DNA from: Candidatus Saccharimonadota bacterium
Lineage (GTDB): Bacteria; Patescibacteriota; Saccharimonadia; Saccharimonadales; Saccharimonadaceae
Direction: 5' to 3'
Length of the DNA stretch: 32,000 nt
Assembly: GCA_002421785.1 (NCBI GenBank)
Contig: DIRZ01000002.1
Location: 270,001 to 302,000 of the forward strand
A program made the position numbers and the translations under genes. Below, in pieces: positions 23,660 to 32,000 of this stretch (positions within the stretch are counted from its first letter, which is position 1; the number at the start of each line of letters is the position of its first letter). The notes beneath the pieces are model-generated. The model was given only the letters and a program-made list of their open reading frames with translations, was not told the origin of the DNA and made no database searches.

Positions 23660-25408
23660 ATGGACGCCAAAGAGGAGGTGAGGGCAAAGCTGAACATCGA
23701 GGACGTGATTGGAGAATACGTTCCCCTCAAGCGTGCCGGCCGCAGCTTTAAAGGCCTGAGCCCGTTTAGTGGCGAGAAGACACCAAGTTTTTTCGTGAGT
23801 CCCGATAAGCAAATTTGGCATGATTTTAGTAGCAACAAGGGCGGTGACGTGTTTGCATTTGTGATGGAAGTCGAGGGTATGGACTTCAGGCAAGCACTTG
23901 AGCATTTGGCACGAAAAGCTGGCGTGGACCTAAGCCTTTACGACAATAAAAGCACCCAGGTACTCGCACAGCGCAAAAAGCGGCTGCTCGAAGCTAATCG
24001 GCTTGCGGCGCAGTACTACCAACAGTGTTTGCTGGGGAATCAGCACGCCATGGAATACGTGTTCAAAAAGCGCGGTCTAAGCAAGCACATCGTGCAGGAA
24101 TTTTTGCTCGGCTACGCGCCAGACACGGGCAAGGCGCTTGTGAGCGCGCTCACGCGTAAAGGCTTTACCGCCCAGGAACTCGCGGATGCCGGACTCGTGA
24201 ATCGATTTGGTGGTGATATGTTCCGTGGACGAATGACGGTGCCATTGATGGACCCAGCCGGGCAGGTGATTGGGTTTACTGGACGAATCATTAAAGACGT
24301 GGAAGGTGCGCCTAAGTACCTAAATACGGGCCAAACAATACTGTATGACAAAAGCCGGCACGTGTTCGGACTAAGTCAGGCGAAGCAAGCAATCCGCGAG
24401 CAGAATTATGCGGTCATTGTGGAAGGTAACTTGGACGTTGTGAGTAGTCACCAGGTAATGATGAAGCAGGTTGTGGCAACAGCGGGTACGGCGCTTACCG
24501 ATCACCATTTGCGCGCGCTAAAACGTTTGGTGGGTGATGTCCGACTAGCGTTTGATGCCGACAAAGCGGGTATCGCCGCCACCGAGCGTGCAATCGCCAT
24601 CGGCAGTAGGGTGGGTGTGGAACTGACGGTTATTTCGCTGCCCGAAGGCGCAAAAGACCCCGATGAATTAATCCAGGATGATCCCAGCAAGTGGCAGCAA
24701 GCAATCGACGACGCCAAACCAGCCGTTGACTGGGTACTTGAACAATATAAAGCGCGCGTCGATATGAAGACAGCTGCCGGGAAGCGTAAATTTACCACAG
24801 CTGGACTGGCCGTTGTTCGAACGCTGAGCGACCCAGTAGAGCAAGAGCATTACGAACAAAAGATTGCTGAGTTGACCAGCACAAGCCTTGAAGCGGTGCG
24901 CGCAAAGTCTGCCCAGGAGCCTGCCGAAGAACAACATCGCCTGAAGCCGGTGAAGCCCCAGCACATCGAACCCCCAGTTGAGCAGCTTGTGCATCAGGAT
25001 GATGCCTTGGCGGCGGCGTGTTTGGATTCGCAAAGCCAGGAAGCCTTGGCGCACATGAAACTCGATATCTTTGTGGGGGAAGAGCGCTACGCGGTGGCAA
25101 GTTATTTGTCGACCCACGCCGGGAAAGCGTTGCAGGATACCCCAAGAGAGTTGCAAAAATACGACACCTATGTAAAAATATTACTATTACGTGCCGAAGC
25201 GCGGTATGCTGACATGAACCCAACAGAACGGGTCTACGAAACAGCTCGCCTTTTGCGGCAAATAGAATATGAACACAAGAAACAAAGACAGCTAGAACTA
25301 ATTGAAGAGTTGCGTAGTGCCGAAAGCTCGGGTGACGAGGAAAAAGCAGCACAACTACGCATTACTCTGAACACACTAATCAAGGAGATGCCGCGTGGCA
25401 AACGATGA
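23660..25408 (+). CDS. dnaG: DNA primase
   Basis: GEKTPSFFV zinc-binding-domain scaffold (ligands substituted). TOPRIM motifs EGNLDV and DADKAG. C-terminal helical domain. Confidence 0.93.
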   Translation: MDAKEEVRAKLNIEDVIGEYVPLKRAGRSFKGLSPFSGEKTPSFFVSPDKQIWHDFSSNKGGDVFAFVMEVEGMDFRQALEHLARKAGVDLSLYDNKSTQVLAQRKKRLLEANRLAAQYYQQCLLGNQHAMEYVFKKRGLSKHIVQEFLLGYAPDTGKALVSALTRKGFTAQELADAGLVNRFGGDMFRGRMTVPLMDPAGQVIGFTGRIIKDVEGAPKYLNTGQTILYDKSRHVFGLSQAKQAIREQNYAVIVEGNLDVVSSHQVMMKQVVATAGTALTDHHLRALKRLVGDVRLAFDADKAGIAATERAIAIGSRVGVELTVISLPEGAKDPDELIQDDPSKWQQAIDDAKPAVDWVLEQYKARVDMKTAAGKRKFTTAGLAVVRTLSDPVEQEHYEQKIAELTSTSLEAVRAKSAQEPAEEQHRLKPVKPQHIEPPVEQLVHQDDALAAACLDSQSQEALAHMKLDIFVGEERYAVASYLSTHAGKALQDTPRELQKYDTYVKILLLRAEARYADMNPTERVYETARLLRQIEYEHKKQRQLELIEELRSAESSGDEEKAAQLRITLNTLIKEMPRGKR

Positions 25409-26387
25409 CCAAGTACCAATAGACGATGAAGCCAAAGAAACAGAAGAACTGGTGATACCCGATATCGAAGAACCAGCGCTTGATGAACTGATTGATGAGG
25501 ACGAAGATACCCCTGAAGACGTACTCAACAGCGGCCAGTATTTTGATGATATTAGCGACGACAGTGTTCGCTTGCACCTACGCGAAATCGGTAAAATTCC
25601 CCTGCTTTCTGCCGAAGAAGAGCTGGAGCTTGCGCAGCGCGTAGTTGCTGGCGATAAGCGAGCTAAAGACAAAATGGCCGAAGCCAACATGCGCCTCGTG
25701 GTAAGTATTGCCAAGCGATATAGCGGCCGCGGCCTCGATTTTTTGGACCTTATTCAGGAGGGGCACACGGGCCTTTTGCGCGCGGTTGAAAAATTCGACC
25801 CCGATAAAGGCTTCAAGTTCAGTACCTATGCCACATGGTGGATTCGCCAGGCGATTACTCGTGCGATTGCCGACCAGGCGCGTACCATTCGTATCCCTGT
25901 GCATATGGTCGAGACTATCAATAAGCTACTTCGCACACAGCGCCGTATGACGCAGGAGCTGAACCGCGAACCAAGCATTGAAGAGCTAGCAAAAGAGCTG
26001 GAAATGGAACCGGAGAAGGTTGAATACGTCATTAAAATCAAGCAGGATATCAGTTCGCTTGATGCCGGCGTGGGCCGTGATGGTGAAGACGAGGACAGCG
26101 TACTCGGTGACTTTATTGAAGACGAAGACGGTGCGACACCAGAGGAATCTGCAAGTAGTCAGCTACTGAAAGAACAGGTGCAGTCTGTGCTTGGTACTCT
26201 CAGCGAGCGTGAACAAAAAATTATCACCATGCGATTTGGTCTGGACAATACCAAGAGCCATACGCTTGAAGAAGTTGGGCAAGAGTTTGCCGTTACTCGC
26301 GAGCGCATTCGTCAGATTGAAGCAAAAGCATTGGCGAAACTGCGAAAGCATAAAGACGCCAAAAAACTGTACGAATATCTCCAATAA
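25395..26387 (+). CDS. rpoD: RNA polymerase primary sigma factor
   Basis: GTG start 6 nt after AAGGAG, overlapping dnaG by 14 nt. Region 2 [27 protein letters not shown]. Region 4 [24 protein letters not shown]. Confidence 0.95.
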   Translation: MANDDQVPIDDEAKETEELVIPDIEEPALDELIDEDEDTPEDVLNSGQYFDDISDDSVRLHLREIGKIPLLSAEEELELAQRVVAGDKRAKDKMAEANMRLVVSIAKRYSGRGLDFLDLIQEGHTGLLRAVEKFDPDKGFKFSTYATWWIRQAITRAIADQARTIRIPVHMVETINKLLRTQRRMTQELNREPSIEELAKELEMEPEKVEYVIKIKQDISSLDAGVGRDGEDEDSVLGDFIEDEDGATPEESASSQLLKEQVQSVLGTLSEREQKIITMRFGLDNTKSHTLEEVGQEFAVTRERIRQIEAKALAKLRKHKDAKKLYEYLQ

Positions 26388-26392
26388 AAAAA

Positions 26393-26414
26393 TGCCCCGA
26401 AAGGGGCATTTTTG
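26393..26414. terminator. bidirectional intrinsic terminator
   Basis: A-run, ATGCCCC-gaaa-GGGGCAT, then TTTT, between convergent rpoD and the 26415 gene. Confidence 0.8.
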
Positions 26415-27026
26415 TTAGCAGGTGGCAAGGCCGGTCGCGTTACCGAGCGGAATGACAACCGCTTGGGACGTCGACCTGTCATAGTAGCTTACCCATGCGC
26501 TTTCTGGGTTGCAACGCTTGTACGTTACGACACCAGGTGTGGGGTCGGTCCCATCCTGAACGGTAACGGAATCAGACGGCAGCTCGGACAGTGAGGTATC
26601 GGTGTACTGTTCGAAGGCGGCGAGGTTAGAAGGATACTGCACTGGCTCCTCGATGACATAGTAGGCTTCGGCATGACTTGCAACCAAGTTTGCGGTGGCG
26701 TGGTCTTGGCTGGTTTGCGCTCGGTCTTGAATGCCATTATAGGCAACGACGGTAATCGCTACGAGAATGATTGAAGTAAGGATACCGAGAATATTGAGCA
26801 CAAGGCCAACGATACCGAGTATTTTTGATGCGCGCGCTTTGCTGGCTTGAACGATAGAAATGATACTAAGAACAATACCTACTGGCCAAAGGAAGACAAA
26901 GGCCATGACCAGGCCGATGATACCCACGACGTGTCCATCGTTTGGTTGTGCGCTCGGTTGTGTGGGTTGTGGCTGCTGCGGCACGTACGCAGGCTGTGGT
27001 TGGGGTTGAGGTGTATTTTCTTGCAT
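26415..27026 (-). CDS. chimeric membrane protein: PQ-rich N-terminus + DUF4190-like TM pair + type IV pilin-like head domain
   Basis: MQENTPQPQPQP..., then GIIGLVMAFVFLWP and LGIVGLVLNILG helices, then AITVVAYNGIQDRAQ (pilin alpha1-C). Two Cys lie near the C-terminus (RCNPES...GLATC). Confidence 0.8.
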   Translation of the reverse strand: MQENTPQPQPQPAYVPQQPQPTQPSAQPNDGHVVGIIGLVMAFVFLWPVGIVLSIISIVQASKARASKILGIVGLVLNILGILTSIILVAITVVAYNGIQDRAQTSQDHATANLVASHAEAYYVIEEPVQYPSNLAAFEQYTDTSLSELPSDSVTVQDGTDPTPGVVTYKRCNPESAWVSYYDRSTSQAVVIPLGNATGLATC

Positions 27027-27031
27027 AGTAG

Positions 27032-27352
27032 TTAGAACCCTTGCTCGCTTGAATAGTCACTATACGAACTCGACGAGCTCGTGCTGGTTGATGCAAGAGC
27101 CCCAACAAACATGAGGAAAATAAAGAAAATCACGAGCAGGAAGCCGATTACAGTGCCGATAATTCCCCAGACGAGGCTAATAGTTCCCATGGTTGGCGAC
27201 ATACCAACCTGACGTGATTTGTTGCGTGACATGACACCGAGGATGATGCCACCGATGTTGATACCAAAAAAGTTAAGGACGAGGCCGACGATACCTAGTG
27301 TGTGTCCGGGATTTTCAGCAAGCTGAACAGGATGGCCCATCTGTTGTGGCAT
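27032..27352 (-). CDS. DUF4190-like small membrane protein (intact part; likely original start at 27422 is out of frame)
   Basis: GIVGLVLNFFGINIGGIILG and ISLVWGIIGTVIGFLLVIFF helices with a Ser-rich tail. Paralog of the N-terminal half of 26415-27026. Confidence 0.75.
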   Translation of the reverse strand: MPQQMGHPVQLAENPGHTLGIVGLVLNFFGINIGGIILGVMSRNKSRQVGMSPTMGTISLVWGIIGTVIGFLLVIFFIFLMFVGALASTSTSSSSSYSDYSSEQGF

Positions 27353-27373
27353 TGGCTGTGGCGCGTAGGCGGG

Positions 27374-27403
27374 TTGTTGTGGTTGTGGTTGTGGTTGTGG
27401 TTG
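27374..27403 (-). repeat. hexanucleotide tandem repeat (CAACCA/CCACAA, about 4.5 copies) encoding PQ repeats
   Basis: Plus strand reads TTGTTGTGGTTGTGGTTGTGGTTGTGGTTG. Confidence 0.85.
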
Positions 27404-27511
27404 GCGTGTTATTGTCTTGCATTGTATCCTCTACGGTTATCTTATTTGTAGTATAGCATGTGTCATGACGTGTGCTTGGCGGCGGCATTCTCTCTGTGAT
27501 ATGATGCAGGT

Positions 27512-28048
27512 ATGAAAAGGCGGGCACAAAAACAGACAGGTTTTACGATTGTAGAGCTATTGATTGTCATTGTGGTGATTGCTATTTTGGCGACTGTTAC
27601 CGTGGTAGCATTTAATGGCACGCAGCAGCGAGCACGTTTGTCAAAAATTGATAGTGATATGCGAAGCCTGAATCAAGCCATAACGATGGCTCGGATAAAT
27701 CAGGGTGGAGTTGCGCTACGATATGTAACGGGGTCTACTGCAACGGGCTCGATATGCTGGGGTAAGGCTTCGGGGACCAATTTAGCAACGCTGCTGCTCA
27801 CGGATGGGTGCTGGACATCGTATGTGAGTGCTCTTAATGCCATCAGCAATGCGAGCGGCGTGAATGTTCGGGGCCTTGTTGATCCGTGGGGCCGTCCCTA
27901 CTATATTGACGAGAACGAAGGTGAGGGTGCAGACCCGCCTAATGCGTGTGGAGATGACTGGATTGGCTACTACTCGAACCCATTCACAACTGGGCAGACA
28001 ATGACAAAACATACCACCGTAAGGAATATTCAGCCCGCATGTATCTAG
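27512..28048 (+). CDS. type IV pilin-like protein
   Basis: MKRRAQKQTG|FTIVELLIVIVVIAILATVTVVAFNG. Confidence 0.9.
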   Translation: MKRRAQKQTGFTIVELLIVIVVIAILATVTVVAFNGTQQRARLSKIDSDMRSLNQAITMARINQGGVALRYVTGSTATGSICWGKASGTNLATLLLTDGCWTSYVSALNAISNASGVNVRGLVDPWGRPYYIDENEGEGADPPNACGDDWIGYYSNPFTTGQTMTKHTTVRNIQPACI

Positions 28049-28548
28049 TGTTGCCGCATAAACAGAATTCTCGCCAAGGCTTTACTATCGTCGAGCTACT
28101 GATTGTCATCGTTATTATTGCGGTGTTAGCAACGGTGACGGTGGTGGCGTATAACGGCATGCAATCCCGAGCGCAATTTACGCGGCTGAGTAGTGAGCTG
28201 GGCCTTATTAACAAAGCACTTGCGCTCTATCACGCCGAAAATGGTGCCTACCCAGTGACGGGAACATTTGGCGCACCAGGATGGCGTTACTCGTGCGCAA
28301 CAGGAATCGCCAACTTTATTACGGGAATTAGTACCCATATTAATACGCCTCCGCAGGCTCCTTGCAATGGTGGTGCAACGAATAATGATACATGGCTCTA
28401 TGCTTCTGATGGAGCGGGGTATAAGTTGCTTCACATACGACCAAGTGCGTCATTGTCGGGCCAGCCGCCTGCGGCAATGCGTGATACGCGCTATACGGCT
28501 GCGTCACCCTCATGGGGTTATTGGACACCGAGCTGGGCTGCGCAGTAG
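28039..28548 (+). CDS. type IV pilin-like protein
   Basis: ...NSRQG|FTIVELLIVIVIIAVLATVTVVAYNG. Overlaps the upstream pilin gene by 10 nt. Confidence 0.9.
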   Translation: MYLVLPHKQNSRQGFTIVELLIVIVIIAVLATVTVVAYNGMQSRAQFTRLSSELGLINKALALYHAENGAYPVTGTFGAPGWRYSCATGIANFITGISTHINTPPQAPCNGGATNNDTWLYASDGAGYKLLHIRPSASLSGQPPAAMRDTRYTAASPSWGYWTPSWAAQ

Positions 28549-28552
28549 CTTA

Positions 28553-29122
28553 CTAAAAATCGATATGCTTTAGCACATCATCAAGTGCTATATGCAGCGA
28601 GTCACGGCTGCCGCTATTGTCGACATAGTAGTCGGCAATGGCAATCGGACCACCTTTTTCGAGGTTCTCAATTTCCGCCCAGTCGCGGTGATTTGCTTCC
28701 TCGATGGTGAGTGGGCGGATGGGGCGTAGGGTTAGTCGGTGATGGCGAATGTGCTTGGGGGCAACGACCGCAACGACAGTTAGCTCACCCGGGAATGCGT
28801 GTTTAAGCGCTTTGTATTCGGTCCAGGTGTACAGGCCATCGGCAACGATACGGTGTTGGCCAGCACTAATGAGACTATGAATTTGGTCAATAATTCGCTT
28901 GACCACGAAATCTTTGCCTTCCCGCTCACGAAGCTCCTCGCGAAATTGCTTTTCATTTTGTTCGGTATGCTCTAGGCCTGCCTGTGTCATAGCGTCCAGG
29001 ACGACACCGCCGAAGTATACCTTCGGGTGTCCTTGCTCAGTCAGGTAGCCGACGGCTTCGCTTTTGCCCGAACCAGTGAGGCCGACAAGTGCGACAATTT
29101 TTACGTTTTGGTGCTCACTCAT
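28553..29122 (-). CDS. P-loop nucleotide kinase-like protein (dephospho-CoA kinase / NMP kinase fold)
   Basis: Walker A GLTGSGKS at the N-terminus; about 190 aa. The precise substrate cannot be inferred. Confidence 0.7.
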   Translation of the reverse strand: MSEHQNVKIVALVGLTGSGKSEAVGYLTEQGHPKVYFGGVVLDAMTQAGLEHTEQNEKQFREELREREGKDFVVKRIIDQIHSLISAGQHRIVADGLYTWTEYKALKHAFPGELTVVAVVAPKHIRHHRLTLRPIRPLTIEEANHRDWAEIENLEKGGPIAIADYYVDNSGSRDSLHIALDDVLKHIDF

Positions 29123-29156
29123 GTAACTAGTGTAACAGATGCGCTACAATAGAGTC

Positions 29157-31691
29157 ATGGCAAAGAGGTTAGTGATTATCGATGGCAAGTCCGTGTTTTA
29201 CCGCGGGTATTATGCAATGCCGAACCTAAGCACTGCGGACGGGACACCAACAGGTGGCGTGTACGGGTTTGCAGCACTTAGTCTAGAGCTGTTTAAAAAG
29301 CTCAAGCCCGACTATGTGTGCGTGGCATGGGACAAGCCAAAAACTAACATTCGCAAACGACTTGAAATCTGGCCGGAATACAAAGCCGGCCGCAAACCAG
29401 CGCCAGCTGATTTTTACGCGCAGATTCCTATTTTGCATGAATTACTAGACGCGTTCGGATGGCCACTGTACGAGCTGGATGATTATGAAGCCGATGATAT
29501 CATGGCGACGCTTGCGAAAAAAGCGGCAGAGCAGGGGGTGGAAACTTGCTTAATCACCAGCGACCTGGATGCACTACAGGCGATTAGTCCGCTCACGCAT
29601 GTGTACGCGCTCAAAAAAGGTCTGACCAACATCGACTTGTTTAGCCCCGAAAGCTTTACGGAAAAGTATGGCATACGCGTGGACCAGTTCCTGGACCTCA
29701 AAGCGCTCAAAGGTGATAGTAGCGATAATATTCCGGGTGTGGCGGGTATCGGCGAGAAAACAGCCGTTGGCCTACTGCAGCAATTTGATACACTGGACAA
29801 TATTTACGAGAATTTGTGGCAGGTAAAAGACAGTGTTCGGCGTAAGCTGGAAGCCGGTCGTGAAATGGCGGACATGAGTAAAAAAGTAGGGGAGCTGTGG
29901 TTCGATGCACCAATTGCCCTAAACCTCGAGGAAATGGACGTAAACGAGCTCGATACGGGCAAGCTAAAAGAATTACTCAACAAATTGGAGTTTCGGTCAT
30001 TGCTACGCAACCTGCCCCAGCATATGCAAAGCGACGCTAGTTCTAGCGTGGGCACACCAGACATGGTGTCGGTGGAGGCGAGCGAGGATGTGAGCGGGAA
30101 TAGTGCGAAAGCACTGTTGCTGATGGCGAAAGAACTTGTGGTTTATTCTGTTGATGATGATGTGTGGTTGAGCCACGAGCGGGGAAAAGTTGCCAAAGTG
30201 AGCATGGCGGAAGCGGCTGAGTTGCTGGCGCATGTGCCACTCGTAGGGCACGACACCAAAGTATTTTTGAAGCGTATGCTGAGTGCGGGTTACGACACGC
30301 TTCCAGAAATACATCATGATACAGCCCAGGGTTCGTTCCTACTAAACCCACTGCGCAAATCTCGCGAGCTAGCCGATCTTGTGGGCATGGAATCGATTGA
30401 TGACCCCAAACTTGGCATTAGTGCGGTATGGGCGCTGTATGAGGAGCAGGCAAAAGCGCTCGACGAACTACCAAAGCTTGCTCACGTGGCGCGTGCTATC
30501 GACTTTCCGCTCATTCGGGTACTGGCACGCATGGAACACCGCGGTATCAAGCTGGACGTCAGCCACCTAGATGCCATGAACGTGGAACTAACAAGCAACA
30601 TTGCTCGTATTCAGCAGGAAATGTTTGATATGGTTGGGTATGAATTTAACATCGCGAGCCCTGCCCAGCTGGCCGAAGTCTTGTTCACAAAACTACAACT
30701 ACCGACTGTCGGAGTGAAGCGCGGCAAAACAGGGTTTAGTACGGGGCAAAAAGAGCTCGACAAGCTTCGTGGCCAGCACCCGATAATTGAATTGATTGAA
30801 CAATTCCGTGAACTCACCAAGCTGCAAAATACCTATGTGGAAACGCTGCCAGCGCAGGCAGACGAGCATGGTCGCATCCATACTGTATTCAACCAAGACG
30901 TGGCGGCAACAGGACGACTGAGCAGCACTGATCCTAACTTGCAAAACATCCCCATTCGCACCGAGCTGGGGCGTAAAATTCGCGATGCGTTTGTGCCGGA
31001 AAAGGGGAATGTATTTGTGAGCGCAGACTATAGCCAGTTCGAATTACGCCTGGCTGCGGTACTGGCGGGCGAAGAAAAAATGATAAATGACTTTAACGCT
31101 GGCACGGATATTCATTCCAAAACAGCGAGCGAAGTGTATCATATTCCGCTTGATGATGTGACTAAAGACATGCGCCGCGCTGCCAAGGTGATTAATTTTG
31201 GCGTGCTGTATGGCATGAGCCAGCATGGGTTAGCTGCGGCTGCCGGGATGAGTTTTATCGATGCAAAAAACTTTATTGACGAATACTTCCGTATTCGTCC
31301 TCGCATCCGCCAATACATCGACGCCACGATTAAGAAGGCGCATGACGAAGGTTTTGTGGAGACGCTTTTCGGCCGCCGCCGCCCTACGCCAGATGTAAAA
31401 TCGAGTAATTTTGTTGTTCGCTCGAGCGCCGAGCGCGCCGCAGCTAATATGCCGATTCAGGGGACAGAAGCCGACCTAATGAAGATGGCAATGCTGCGCG
31501 TTGACGAGCGTTTGGACGGTATGGGTGAGCAACTGCTGCAAATTCATGACAGCATACTGATTGAATGTCCTCGCGAGAACGCCGAACGGGTAAGTACGAT
31601 GCTCGTAGAAGCGATGGAGCAGATTTACCCAGAGCTTGGCGTGAATCTGCAGGTGGACGTGCACACTGGTAATAATTGGGGAGAGGTGTAG
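29157..31691 (+). CDS. polA: DNA polymerase I (5'-3' exonuclease + degenerate 3'-5' exo-like + polymerase domains)
   Basis: MAKRLVIIDGKSVFYRGYYA FEN domain. Motif A DYSQFELR, motif B RRAAKVINFGVLYGMS, motif C QIHDS. The track start at 29139 is rejected because it lies inside the -10 box. Confidence 0.95.
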   Translation: MAKRLVIIDGKSVFYRGYYAMPNLSTADGTPTGGVYGFAALSLELFKKLKPDYVCVAWDKPKTNIRKRLEIWPEYKAGRKPAPADFYAQIPILHELLDAFGWPLYELDDYEADDIMATLAKKAAEQGVETCLITSDLDALQAISPLTHVYALKKGLTNIDLFSPESFTEKYGIRVDQFLDLKALKGDSSDNIPGVAGIGEKTAVGLLQQFDTLDNIYENLWQVKDSVRRKLEAGREMADMSKKVGELWFDAPIALNLEEMDVNELDTGKLKELLNKLEFRSLLRNLPQHMQSDASSSVGTPDMVSVEASEDVSGNSAKALLLMAKELVVYSVDDDVWLSHERGKVAKVSMAEAAELLAHVPLVGHDTKVFLKRMLSAGYDTLPEIHHDTAQGSFLLNPLRKSRELADLVGMESIDDPKLGISAVWALYEEQAKALDELPKLAHVARAIDFPLIRVLARMEHRGIKLDVSHLDAMNVELTSNIARIQQEMFDMVGYEFNIASPAQLAEVLFTKLQLPTVGVKRGKTGFSTGQKELDKLRGQHPIIELIEQFRELTKLQNTYVETLPAQADEHGRIHTVFNQDVAATGRLSSTDPNLQNIPIRTELGRKIRDAFVPEKGNVFVSADYSQFELRLAAVLAGEEKMINDFNAGTDIHSKTASEVYHIPLDDVTKDMRRAAKVINFGVLYGMSQHGLAAAAGMSFIDAKNFIDEYFRIRPRIRQYIDATIKKAHDEGFVETLFGRRRPTPDVKSSNFVVRSSAERAAANMPIQGTEADLMKMAMLRVDERLDGMGEQLLQIHDSILIECPRENAERVSTMLVEAMEQIYPELGVNLQVDVHTGNNWGEV

Positions 31692-32000
31692 TGAAGGTTG
31701 CGATTACCAGGCTCCATAGCAAGGCTGAGCATCCGCTGTACCAGACTGAATATGCGGCTGGCATGGATGTGACAGCGTGCATCGATCAGCCACTAACTAT
31801 TGCGCCACACGAGCGGGCGGTTATTCCGACGGGTTTTGCGATTGCGTTGCCGCCAGGTTATGAGGCACAAATTCGCGCACGAAGTGGGATGGCGGCGAAG
31901 TACGGCATTATGCCCGCTAATGGTGTGGGAACGATTGACGCTGATTATCGCGGGGAAGTGGGAGTGATTCTGCTCAACACCAGCAATGAAGCATTTACTG
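31691..32000 (+). CDS. dut: dUTP diphosphatase (3' end outside the window)
   Basis: GTG overlaps the polA TAG (TAGTG). Motifs AAGMDV, IRARSG and GTIDADYRGEVGVIL. Confidence 0.9.
   Translation, partial: MKVAITRLHSKAEHPLYQTEYAAGMDVTACIDQPLTIAPHERAVIPTGFAIALPPGYEAQIRARSGMAAKYGIMPANGVGTIDADYRGEVGVILLNTSNEAFT

Noticed and set aside
27374-27403. Short tandem repeat considered as a CRISPR-like or satellite element
   Set aside because: It is a 6-nt unit with about 4.5 copies and no spacers. It encodes the PQ repeat of a membrane protein paralog.
29139-29156. Upstream ATG start for polA (MRYNRVM...)
   Set aside because: This ATG lies within the TACAAT -10 region. Homology of PolA N-termini begins at MAKRLVIIDG (29157).

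Overview
Gene-dense chromosomal window with about 35 CDS and one tRNA. Hand counts of single 60-nt lines give 42-52% G+C outside one cassette. Content is mostly housekeeping: class I ribonucleotide reductase, CTP synthase, ArgS, MscL, Orn, overlapping DnaG-RpoD, PolA and the start of dUTPase. Also present are an ABC-2 exporter pair, a membrane-fused spermidine-synthase-like protein, several type IV pilin-like genes (G|FTI(V/I)ELL leaders) and PQ-rich DUF4190-like membrane proteins. This mix suggests a reduced-genome lineage such as Candidatus Saccharibacteria/CPR; that is inference only and cannot be checked here. I saw no rRNA, CRISPR array, transposase or integrase. Anomalies worth follow-up: (1) a ~1.4-kb high-G+C two-gene cassette (SPFH lipoprotein plus small membrane protein) with GC3-rich codons, driven by a native-looking AT-rich promoter, which looks horizontally acquired. 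(2) nrdA has no C-terminal Cys pair, and one continuous reading frame is cut by two TAA codons into NrdA, a 7-Cys 25-mer and a 57-aa peptide ending CEGCQ; nrdB is class Ic-like (Phe at the radical site). (3) Pilin-derived oddities: a 5'-truncated pilin-LamG pseudogene with an in-frame TAG, a DUF4190-pilin head chimera, and a frameshifted PQ-repeat paralog. (4) At least 14 genes have a -10 box only 6-8 nt before the ATG, suggesting leaderless mRNAs. (5) All four zinc ligands of DnaG are substituted. (6) NrdR-type tandem boxes lie upstream of both nrdA and pyrG.
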